A stretch of 64,000 nucleotides of DNA from a virus (Duplodnaviria; Caudoviricetes), in the IMG/VR virus record IMGVR_UViG_3300012984_000010; one strand, given 5' to 3'. This document shows positions 55,981 to 64,000 of the stretch, piece by piece; within the stretch, counting starts at the first letter, position 1; the number at the start of each line of letters is the position of its first letter. A program made the position numbers and the translations under genes. The notes under the pieces are model-generated. The model made no database searches. It was not told where the DNA came from and saw only the letters and a program-made list of their open reading frames with translations.

Positions 55981-56232
55981 TCAACCTCTTTGGCCGAACT
56001 CAAACGTAAAAAAGTGGAATCCCCACCGCCTAGGTAGCAGCGACCCTGGAACCCGCTTGATCAGTCCAGGCCGGTTACGAAACAGGCCGACAGGGGAAAT
56101 GTAAGCCCGCCTTCGAAACAGGTTCCTGACCTGAGCCTTGAAGATCCACCAAGGACCAATGCGGAAAGGCCAGCAGATAGACCCATCGTCCCGACGTCTG
56201 CAGAAGCCGATACGAAGAAGCAGAGACATCAT
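55981..56232 (-). CDS. Hypothetical basic protein
   Basis: Coupled ORF. Confidence 0.45.
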   Translation of the reverse strand: MMSLLLRIGFCRRRDDGSICWPFRIGPWWIFKAQVRNLFRRRAYISPVGLFRNRPGLIKRVPGSLLPRRWGFHFFTFEFGQRG

Positions 56233-57581
56233 TGATTAGTGTCCTCTTCGTCATCCGCCGAATCGTCTTCGTCTTCCTCCCACCTGCCTTTGATCTTCAA
56301 CAGCTCGGTGAGGAAGGCGCGGTGTTCTTTCCAGTTACCTTCTTGGCCGGAGTTGGAGGTGGGGTGCCACTGTCCGTGGATATTGGAGTACGCCCATTGG
56401 ACGTAGATTGTTTCTGCCAGATTTCGGACATAATCTCGCAAATCGTCGGGAGAAGTTGAGGTGTCGATCGCGAAACGGAAAGCCTCACGGAAAGAGAATC
56501 CAGACACTCCTTCACTGCCACGCAAAGAGGCCGCGAAAATGTTCTCACGGGGAGACACGTCGTCGCTTCTTTTAAGGGACAACCTAAACAATCCAGACTC
56601 ATCGCCCTTGGCCACTAAGACCTTCAGTTCTTCTCGGATCGCCAGTTCCTTGTCCAAGGCCGCCACCGCCGACTCCCTGAAACTGTCGATGTTGTAGGAA
56701 CCCACCCAAGACTTGATGGGGGTGTTGAGCAAGATTTGCCACACATCCTCACGAATCATCGCTTGGGAGACAGGTCGGGGTTCACGCCAATAGTCCTCGA
56801 CTTCATGCTGGGTACGGATGAATACGTTCGGGTCGGTGCTGGGCAAGGGAGCTACCAGAACCTCAGCCTTGTTGCTGTAGGAGCCTGAACCGGCTGTGAG
56901 CATAGCCGCGTACCCTCCCCCGTGCAGGACCGACAGGATCGATTCCAACCCTTCTTGGACTCCTAGCTCACATCGGCGGATACGGACGAACCCTGTACCC
57001 ACATCATCGATCAACAGCCCAGGATCAAAGTTGCCGGCCGACAGCTTTAGGCCAGCATCCGTCAACAGCTTTTCAATACGCTGAAACGTAGGGACCCCCT
57101 GTGCCGGCTTGTAGAGGTCTGGAGTATAGATGGCGGCAAGCCTGGAAGGCTTGCCGGTCAGCTCCTCAAGCTTCTGATCCAGTTCCTTGGCTTCCTTGTA
57201 CCGGCGGTTCTGAGCTCGACTGTCGTCAACTTTTACCCGTCCTTCCCACAAGGCGTTGAGCCAACTATCTTGATCCATGTCGGTTCGGACTGCAGGATCG
57301 TGACAAGAATTGTCACCAACTCCGATCTCGACCGCAGATAACGCCAAGCCTTCGAAAAACACCCTTGTGGTGAAGGATTGCTCAATCCTCTCTACTGAGC
57401 CGTAATCGTTGTACTGACCCTTGATTGGGACTCCGTGGAGTTGCCAGCGGCCGGTGACGTAGCATTCGTGCCCGTTACCGTCAGGAGAGAAGGCATTCCT
57501 GGCAAGGGCTAGGAAGCGGACCGGCGTCCCAGCCTCGATCGGAAGATTGGAGACGATGCAGGTGGCGTTGAAAGAACCCAT
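56229..57581 (-). CDS. Hypothetical protein
   Basis: 450 aa, MGSFN.TC.VS.LPI..G..V. Confidence 0.75.
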   Translation of the reverse strand: MGSFNATCIVSNLPIEAGTPVRFLALARNAFSPDGNGHECYVTGRWQLHGVPIKGQYNDYGSVERIEQSFTTRVFFEGLALSAVEIGVGDNSCHDPAVRTDMDQDSWLNALWEGRVKVDDSRAQNRRYKEAKELDQKLEELTGKPSRLAAIYTPDLYKPAQGVPTFQRIEKLLTDAGLKLSAGNFDPGLLIDDVGTGFVRIRRCELGVQEGLESILSVLHGGGYAAMLTAGSGSYSNKAEVLVAPLPSTDPNVFIRTQHEVEDYWREPRPVSQAMIREDVWQILLNTPIKSWVGSYNIDSFRESAVAALDKELAIREELKVLVAKGDESGLFRLSLKRSDDVSPRENIFAASLRGSEGVSGFSFREAFRFAIDTSTSPDDLRDYVRNLAETIYVQWAYSNIHGQWHPTSNSGQEGNWKEHRAFLTELLKIKGRWEEDEDDSADDEEDTNQ

Positions 57582-57616
57582 CCGTCTTCATACACCGTGA
57601 TGGTGTATAGGGGGCG

Positions 57617-58660
57617 ATGATCAAATTCATTGTTGATGAGATGGCTAACCAGAAGCGGGCCTCCAAACCCATTTGGAGAGCTGAGAACGGCCTGTCAGTA
57701 CCCAAGACTATCCAACGAGTCCTTAGAGGGAATGTGCCTGAGGCGTACGGAGCCAATCTGCCAGATATCATCCCTGCCCGCTCACACGCCTTGATCGAGG
57801 CGATGACGCTCGCCTACGAGGATCACTATCCGCTCGTCTTGAGTCCCGACGATATCTGGATGGTTCTTTCTCAGAGCTTTGCCAAACACGTGGATCAAAA
57901 CGCCGAGAAGCTTCGCCACCAGTTCGTCCAGCATGAAGGAAAGGTGAAGATTGTCTGGCGGAACGATTCCTTGGTCAAAGGATCACCAGACAACAACTGG
58001 ATGGACGGCTTCCACTTCTTTGCCGACAAGATCAAAGAACACATCGGTAAGAAACACGACCTGCTGACCGCCAATTTCACCACCTCGGGCCCAATTGAGA
58101 TTGCTGCTTCTCAGGTGGTGTTGATGGAAGCGATGAAGCATTACTTCGAGTACGGGGTAATGACCATGTGCGGAATCCCAGAAATCACGCTCCTGGGAGA
58201 GACCTCCGATTGGCAGAGCATCCGTAATCGTGTACAGACATTTGCCGAATTCAATGGATTGGCTGCGTGGAGCAACCGGTTGGACCCAATCCTGGCTGAG
58301 TTCGTCAACGCCTCTCAGGGAAATATCAACCAAGCCTTTTGGAAGGATATCTACAAGGTAGATCATGCAGGCAGCGGAGGACCAGACATCAGTGGTTGGG
58401 CCAACGCATTGTTCCTCTACATCGAGAGCTACAGAAGAGGTGTACAACTGAACCCTGTTGCCCTCGATCCTAATTCTGATGATTACCCTAGCTCTGGCAT
58501 GTACCCCTCCGGCATCTCAGCTGTGCCGTTCGAATGGGAGTACTACGCTGCGAAGTACGACTACGAATTCCTAGCTGGGTTCGTAGGGATTCACCAAGAT
58601 CCTGAGACGTTGGCGGTTAGAGCTGGGCTGGGTTGGGCCGTCCGAGAAGCTGCCAAGTGA
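57617..58660 (+). CDS. DUF4419-like protein
   Basis: AY.DHYPL.LSPDDIW, FTTS, Y...TMCGIP.ITL.G...DW. Confidence 0.8.
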   Translation: MIKFIVDEMANQKRASKPIWRAENGLSVPKTIQRVLRGNVPEAYGANLPDIIPARSHALIEAMTLAYEDHYPLVLSPDDIWMVLSQSFAKHVDQNAEKLRHQFVQHEGKVKIVWRNDSLVKGSPDNNWMDGFHFFADKIKEHIGKKHDLLTANFTTSGPIEIAASQVVLMEAMKHYFEYGVMTMCGIPEITLLGETSDWQSIRNRVQTFAEFNGLAAWSNRLDPILAEFVNASQGNINQAFWKDIYKVDHAGSGGPDISGWANALFLYIESYRRGVQLNPVALDPNSDDYPSSGMYPSGISAVPFEWEYYAAKYDYEFLAGFVGIHQDPETLAVRAGLGWAVREAAK

Positions 58661-59034
58661 CAACCGTCAACCTCTGGATGGTTCACGACAATTTGGCGGG
58701 ACTCATCATTCCCGCCAAAAGCGGGGTGACCTATACCCAACAGGCGTGCGGCCTAAGTTGCCAACATCCAGAACTGGAGGGCTCCTACGTCCCCTGCGTG
58801 TACCATTTCAACGAAATCCCCCACGTCGGCTGTACGATGTCGTTGGGCAGTGCAGAGGCCGTTGAGCTGAACGATTTCTTTGAGAAGAGTCACGCTTATC
58901 GAGGTCTGACGGTAGACCCTGGCATGCTTAAGGAAAGCATGGAAGCCTGGATCTGGGTCTTGGTGGGACCCGATTATCAGGTGTTGGACGGCTATACAGG
59001 TCCAGCCGTTTTGACGTACCCTAACTGCGATTGA
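58657..59034 (+). CDS. Hypothetical protein (DUF6210-like)
   Basis: GLII...SGV.Y.QQACG..C.HP..EG; ends YPNCD. Confidence 0.6.
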   Translation: MTTVNLWMVHDNLAGLIIPAKSGVTYTQQACGLSCQHPELEGSYVPCVYHFNEIPHVGCTMSLGSAEAVELNDFFEKSHAYRGLTVDPGMLKESMEAWIWVLVGPDYQVLDGYTGPAVLTYPNCD

Positions 59035-59374
59035 CTCGCCAGTTATATCTCATGTGGTTGTGGGCCGTCCAGTAATTCTGGCTGTAGTCCTCGGTATTGA
59101 GACCCTTGTCTCCCACGTAGATCACCACTGCCGCCGCTTCGAACGGATCCTCGACTGAGCGGACGATTCGGTTGAACATCCAATTCAGATCCCGACGACG
59201 GTCTCCGTCCAGATCGTAGTACCTAGCAATGATCAGTTGACTCAAGCACCAAAGATCTTTGGTGCGTTGATCGCACTGCCAAGTTGCAGGCTGACCTTCC
59301 CGCAATTTGGCCTCGTAGGTGTCTCGTAAAGGTTCGAGTAACTCTCGAACCAAGTGGGCGTTGTATGATTCCAT
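59021..59374 (-). CDS. Hypothetical protein
   Basis: ATGA-coupled. Confidence 0.6.
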   Translation of the reverse strand: MESYNAHLVRELLEPLRDTYEAKLREGQPATWQCDQRTKDLWCLSQLIIARYYDLDGDRRRDLNWMFNRIVRSVEDPFEAAAVVIYVGDKGLNTEDYSQNYWTAHNHMRYNWRVNRS

Positions 59375-59616
59375 CAATGGTCCGTGGCGGCCAACAACTT
59401 TTTGAAGTGCTGGATCTGCAGGTCCAATCCTTGGGCTGGACACTTGTCGTAATGACGTCCCTGGATCGATAGCTCGGGATCGTAGATCCCGCAACCTTTG
59501 CAGCTCCAGTAGGGGTTACTACCACGGGCAGGTCTACGGAACGATTCTTGGCGCAATTCGAGGCCAGAGATGCGTTGTCGGAGACGCTCCCGCTGGGGGA
59601 TGTGATTCTTTTTCAC
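59374..59616 (-). CDS. Hypothetical protein
   Basis: CxxC...H..C. Confidence 0.55.
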   Translation of the reverse strand: MKKNHIPQRERLRQRISGLELRQESFRRPARGSNPYWSCKGCGIYDPELSIQGRHYDKCPAQGLDLQIQHFKKLLAATDH

Positions 59617-60221
59617 GAGTTACTCCCAGCCCTGAAGGGCCAGACGGGCCTCTTCACGCTTGGCCTCGCGATTGCGTTGACGTTTCACCCGTTGATTGGA
59701 ACGACTGATGCGACCCGTCCAATCTCTGGACGAACGGGTCGCTTCTTCCTCGTGACAACGGTTAGCTAGTTTGCGGTATTGGTTCATGCTCATAGAACGG
59801 AACCTTTGGTTTGGAATTAAGCAGTTTCTTCCAATTCAACCGGCCCATAGAAACAAGCGGGCGATCCCTGGAGCCGTCTCAAGGGAAATGTGGAGAGATA
59901 CCCGATGTAGTATAGGCCGTTGGGTTCTTGGCGGATCTCCACCAACTCAGGCCTCAAGTCTGAGTGTCGTTGGCAGATGTATCGCCCAGGCCGGTCTGGG
60001 AAGGGGCAAGGCTTCAGGTGTTCCATCACTTACCCCCATAGCCGTTTGCCGGTCCCTCGTTCCAGACTTTCTTGTGGCTCATCGTGAAGTCTCGGCGGAG
60101 AAGACCTTGCCTCTGAAGCCTCCTACGGTTCCAATTCGTGACTCGTTGGCGCCGACAAGCCTTGGCACCCCGATATTGTTCGTAAGCCATTTCGAACTTT
60201 TTCATGGTATTCCTGGATTGT

Positions 60222-60500
60222 TCAAGATTGGGTACAGGTAGCGCACAGAATGCTGCCTGGTTCGGCTGGATCGTCGTCGCATCCAGCACAACGTGGAGGT
60301 TCCCCCTGTTCGATCGAACGAGCGATATGTTCACAGCTGATCTCGAAATCGAACTTGGTGGTACCATTCCAATCAGTCGTGTATTCCGCGGCAGCGTTGC
60401 GGAATACACTCGCCATTCTAATACGCTCAGCTTGGATCGCTTGAGCGACGGCCTGTTGGACCAATTCTTGGATCTGTTGTTCGGTCATGGGTTGCTCCAT
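60222..60500 (-). CDS. Hypothetical protein
   Basis: After class I motif. Confidence 0.6.
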   Translation of the reverse strand: MEQPMTEQQIQELVQQAVAQAIQAERIRMASVFRNAAAEYTTDWNGTTKFDFEISCEHIARSIEQGEPPRCAGCDDDPAEPGSILCATCTQS

Positions 60501-60545
60501 TCGACCTATAGAACGGATTCAACAATCTAGAGTTAAGGAATCCGT

Positions 60546-61022
60546 CTACTCTTCTTCATTTTCGGCCCAACCTACATCTTCTGGGTCGACGTCCCAGCCA
60601 GCCTGACAGGCCAACTGGATCACTTGCTTGAGCGGGTCCTCACCGGCTGGAGTGTGTTTGGCCAACCAAGCGACGATCCGAAGACCGTCCAATTCCGCAT
60701 GCCTGATGGCGTTGCGGTCCGCACCAGCTTGGAGCAGTTCACGAGGATCTTTCCAGTTTTGTTGATCTCTGAGTTGACGCTCATAGTCTTGTTGAGCATC
60801 ACGATATTCCCAAGTGCGTCCGAAATCTTCCTCTTTGGGCGGGACAGGAGGAGCTGGCTTCTTGGTAGGTGGCTCGGGCCTGAGTCCGTATAGCTCATTG
60901 ATAGCCCGCATTTCATCGCGGGTCAGGGCGAGGGCACCGAAGGTTTGGGCACCCAGCAATTGGGCCAAAGCGGCCGCCCTGGGGGTGGTGGCCATACTGG
61001 TTGGGGTCTTGGGACGTTTCAT
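60546..61022 (-). CDS. Hypothetical protein
   Basis: Long ORF. Confidence 0.65.
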   Translation of the reverse strand: MKRPKTPTSMATTPRAAALAQLLGAQTFGALALTRDEMRAINELYGLRPEPPTKKPAPPVPPKEEDFGRTWEYRDAQQDYERQLRDQQNWKDPRELLQAGADRNAIRHAELDGLRIVAWLAKHTPAGEDPLKQVIQLACQAGWDVDPEDVGWAENEEE

Positions 61023-61029
61023 GAGATTC

Positions 61030-61254
61030 CTACGCGGCAACGAGTCGATTGGCCTGTGGGCCGGTCAAAGTCTCATACCCCCAAGGGGCACGAATGGTGA
61101 TGGTAACGTGTTGAGGGTTGGAGAAGATGATGGCCTGCACCAGCACCTCTTGAGGAATTTGGCCCACCATGGGGGCATAATAGGCTGATTCTCCGTCTTT
61201 GATCAGATCCCCAGATCGGGTGATATAACCACCACACATTCCTTCGAACATCAT
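61030..61254 (-). CDS. Hypothetical protein
   Basis: In operon-like run. Confidence 0.5.
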   Translation of the reverse strand: MMFEGMCGGYITRSGDLIKDGESAYYAPMVGQIPQEVLVQAIIFSNPQHVTITIRAPWGYETLTGPQANRLVAA

Positions 61255-61263
61255 AGTCTCCGA

Positions 61264-61509
61264 TCAGAGAGGTTGAGCACCGAAGTCGACCAACACCTGT
61301 TCACGTTCCCACGAATGTGCTCCAAAGCCGGGGGCGATCACATTCCTATGTCCGCAGAAGAAGGCCACCAAGCGCCCTTCTGGGGTGAGTACGTTGGCAC
61401 CGTTACCGTACGACTTAGCGCTCAGGCACGCCTCGAACAAGGTGTGTCCCTCAGACTTGAGACCCTGATTGTCGAGAGCTACGCGGTACTGCCTGTTGTG
61501 GTCGGTCAT
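61264..61509 (-). CDS. Hypothetical protein
   Basis: After class I motif. Confidence 0.6.
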   Translation of the reverse strand: MTDHNRQYRVALDNQGLKSEGHTLFEACLSAKSYGNGANVLTPEGRLVAFFCGHRNVIAPGFGAHSWEREQVLVDFGAQPL

Positions 61510-61540
61510 ACCCCCCTAGAACGGATACGTCTTGAGACAA

Positions 61541-62032
61541 TTAAGGGAAAGGTAACAACAAAAGATCGTATCGTGACGATCTCTCCACAGGAACGATCGG
61601 CGGCTGTGGAGTAGGTTTCGACACCCCCTGTTCGGAAATGGGGTAGATGATACTTCCAATGGGAATTTCCATTGAAATAGCTTCTGGGTTGTCGATGAAC
61701 CGGAAATCGATCATGGCTTGCCACGTGTGCTGATCTCGCCTTGCCATCCACCCATTGGCAACACAATGTTGCCAATGGTCTGCCCTGGAATTCAGACGGT
61801 AGATGGGTGCGCTATCGGGCGCCATAAGGGCAACCAAATCCCCTAACATGAGAGGAACAGCCCTCATCTCGTCATGGCCTACGATGGTTTGAACAAATAT
61901 GGTACGTCCCTGTAGGTCGTGGACTACAAGTGGGCTGTGGACTACAAGTGGGCCGTTAGTGTGTTCCGCCCTTAGACGGATCGACGATATCAGATGCTGG
62001 AAGTCCTCATTTCGGATCACATAGGACGCCAT
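61541..62032 (-). CDS. Hypothetical protein
   Basis: C-terminal SSRYDLL. Confidence 0.6.
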   Translation of the reverse strand: MASYVIRNEDFQHLISSIRLRAEHTNGPLVVHSPLVVHDLQGRTIFVQTIVGHDEMRAVPLMLGDLVALMAPDSAPIYRLNSRADHWQHCVANGWMARRDQHTWQAMIDFRFIDNPEAISMEIPIGSIIYPISEQGVSKPTPQPPIVPVERSSRYDLLLLPFP

Positions 62033-62080
62033 AGGAAATAGACACCGGGGCCACTTCGTTCGGAAGGGCCCCGCTACATC

Positions 62081-62665
62081 TCACATCGAGGCTTGCAAGC
62101 TCGCCTTACGGATCCGATCCATGGCACGGCTGTGCAGCTGGCTGATTCGGGGTTCCGATACCCCCATCTGGAGCGAAAGGTCCTTGAATTTCACGCCTTT
62201 CATGTAGTGTTGGGTGATGATGTAGCGCTCACGTTCGGGTAGCTGTTCGATCACCTCGGAAATCTGTTCCATCAATGCTTTGAGGTGTAGAGTCTCCTCC
62301 GAATGGCCTGCTTCCTGCAGGCACTTGTTCTGCTCATACTCCGAGACGTCATCGAACCGAACCACAGCAGGCACACTGGAGTTACTGTCGATCGACAAGG
62401 CCTTGCGGGCCCGACGGGGCAACCAGTCCTGGTGCCGTAGCTCGTCCAAGATGGCGCCACGGACGCGAACACGGACGTACCACTCGAAGCCTTCCGCTGG
62501 CGTCTGGTCTTGCTTGCGAACCGCATCCCACAAGCCACTCATGCCGGCGGCGATCAGGTCTTCGCGAAGGACATGGCAAGGAACCTTGCGTTGGAAGGCC
62601 CCCGCTATTTGGCGGACCAAGGGTTCGTATTGGGCGATCAGAGCTTGATGATTGACGTTTTGCAT
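62081..62665 (-). CDS. FliA/WhiG-like (sigma-28) RNA polymerase sigma factor, lacking most of region 3
   Basis: Y.PLV..IA, EDLI..GM.GL.DA, F..Y...RVRGAILDELR..DW.PR, LPERER, GVSE.RISQLHSRA. Confidence 0.93.
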   Translation of the reverse strand: MQNVNHQALIAQYEPLVRQIAGAFQRKVPCHVLREDLIAAGMSGLWDAVRKQDQTPAEGFEWYVRVRVRGAILDELRHQDWLPRRARKALSIDSNSSVPAVVRFDDVSEYEQNKCLQEAGHSEETLHLKALMEQISEVIEQLPERERYIITQHYMKGVKFKDLSLQMGVSEPRISQLHSRAMDRIRKASLQASM

Positions 62666-62760
62666 TTTGATATTTCTTACTTGAGACGCTCAAGGTTCGT
62701 TTGAGCGTCGTGTCATGTACCGTAGAACGGAAGCCCTCAGGTTAACTTAAGGGGTCTGGA

Positions 62761-63030
62761 TCACTTTTCCAACAAATCTTGGATCACTGCGTTGAGGTAT
62801 TCAGATTGAGGAGTGTTGGTGCTGTAATTCTGGTACAGTGTCAATGCCCCTTGGAGCCGGATGAAAGCGGTCTCAGCCTTCTTGAAGTCGATGAAGCTGA
62901 CTCGTACCAGACCTTTGTCGTTCAACGAACCGTCTTCATTGACCGGCATACAGCTGAGACGTACTTCGTTCTGCTCCAGCAACATCACTAAACTGGCCTT
63001 GGAAGTTCGGTGAGAATTGATGATGGTCAT
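62761..63030 (-). CDS. Hypothetical protein
   Basis: After class I motif. Confidence 0.65.
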   Translation of the reverse strand: MTIINSHRTSKASLVMLLEQNEVRLSCMPVNEDGSLNDKGLVRVSFIDFKKAETAFIRLQGALTLYQNYSTNTPQSEYLNAVIQDLLEK

Positions 63031-63053
63031 GGCTGATAGAACGGATGCCAGGT

Positions 63054-63275
63054 CTAAGGATTAACCTGTTTCCCATTCCGATCAACAAGTCGGAAGAATT
63101 TTCCGTCTCGGAACCGGACCAGGAAGCCGACCCGCCAATCAGGATTGTTGGTTTCGATCAAATCCTCGAACCACACCTTGGCCGCTTTCTTGCTAGAGAA
63201 CACCAACGGTTCACCCAGAAGATAAAAATCCCGCCAGGTACTTCCGTCCACACTGTCTTGAACTATTGTTCGCAT
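63054..63275 (-). CDS. Hypothetical protein
   Basis: After class I motif. Confidence 0.65.
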   Translation of the reverse strand: MRTIVQDSVDGSTWRDFYLLGEPLVFSSKKAAKVWFEDLIETNNPDWRVGFLVRFRDGKFFRLVDRNGKQVNP

Positions 63276-63305
63276 GGTCGGTAGAACGGAATCAGCTACG
63301 GGAAG

Positions 63306-63884
63306 TTAACCCTCAGCTTGGAGCAAATAGTCCAGCCGCTGCCAAGACCACTCACAGAGGCCTGGCCGCCATACCGCCGCTCGAAAGGTGGCTGCTTCCT
63401 GACGGTACATTTTGAACAAGTGGGGGTAATTGACGGAGGATTGTAAGACATTTGCCATACGATCACAGGTCTTAACGACCAACACAATCTGATCGACGAC
63501 CAACGAGGCTTGGAGCTTCCCAAGCCGGTCATAAAGAGCCGCCTTACGTTCCTTGCGACTCTTCCCAGGAGGGTCAGCCAAGAGGTTCGCACAAGCCGCC
63601 ACCGTGGCGCCTAACTTGGCTTCCACGGCATCTTGCGACACCTCGGTGTCTTCAAGGATGTCGTGAATGTAGGCAGTCGCCACCGCATCCTCCAACGTCC
63701 CGAAAATCATCTGAGCATTCCCGATCTTGGACAGACAGGTGTGATACTCGTACATCACCAGATCGGCCACCTCGTCCAGATGTACGGCATATGGCAGATC
63801 TCCGTACTGTTGGGTTCCGTGGGCCTGGATGGCGAATTCACGGGCGGAGATGATAGTTTGGATTAATGTCATTGGAATTTTCAA
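63306..63884 (-). CDS. RelA/SpoT-type HD hydrolase, second copy
   Basis: FA..AHG.Q.YG..PY.VHL..V, AYIHD.LED, VK.CDRMAN. Confidence 0.85.
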   Translation of the reverse strand: MKIPMTLIQTIISAREFAIQAHGTQQYGDLPYAVHLDEVADLVMYEYHTCLSKIGNAQMIFGTLEDAVATAYIHDILEDTEVSQDAVEAKLGATVAACANLLADPPGKSRKERKAALYDRLGKLQASLVVDQIVLVVKTCDRMANVLQSSVNYPHLFKMYRQEAATFRAAVWRPGLCEWSWQRLDYLLQAEG

Positions 63885-64000
63885 TCGTCACGGTAAGTGC
63901 CTCGTAAGAGGCTTTCCATTTTAGCGATACGGTAAAAATGGGAATCGATCGACTTATCCGTTGCCGATAGGATGGCTGACTCCCAATCGTTCTCTACCGA

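Noticed and set aside
1-64000. Genome-wide TAG recoding (code 15-like)
   Set aside because: Standard-code ORFs give near-complete coverage with full-length enzymes, and several genes end naturally at TAG (for example AlkB, the HD hydrolase at 30650, and 60546). Only the leader and PTH2 show a clear internal TAG.
1-64000. CRISPR array, rRNA, integrase or transposase
   Set aside because: No regularly spaced direct repeats, rRNA signatures or recombinase motifs were seen.

Overview
This 64-kb window looks like part of a large (probably jumbo) tailed dsDNA bacteriophage genome. It has densely packed short genes, mostly hypotheticals, with GroES, RRM, FliA-like sigma and NAD-metabolism genes of bacterial type. 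The host cannot be determined from sequence alone. Positions 1-3200 hold a minus-strand tRNA array with 12 canonical tRNAs, several aberrant tRNA-like RNAs and three circularly permuted tRNA-like RNAs that share one scaffold. The most striking locus is 25093-27564, an apparent amber (UAG)-readthrough-gated operon. Two tandem CUA-anticodon tRNAs face, convergently, a sigma70-driven operon. That operon starts with a leader ORF (M-F-L-TAG-...-SRAPP) whose RAPP codons overlap a hairpin hiding the next gene's Shine-Dalgarno. It ends in a PTH2-like peptidyl-tRNA hydrolase gene interrupted by an in-frame TAG. The window also encodes a complete Preiss-Handler-type NAD salvage set (PncB-like, NadD, NadE), ADP-ribose reversal enzymes (ARH, NADAR), RNA repair and phosphatase genes, and three sigma-like factors. 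Two classes of repeated promoter-like motifs sit just upstream of start codons. All calls come from reading motifs by eye; no database searches or folding programs were run.
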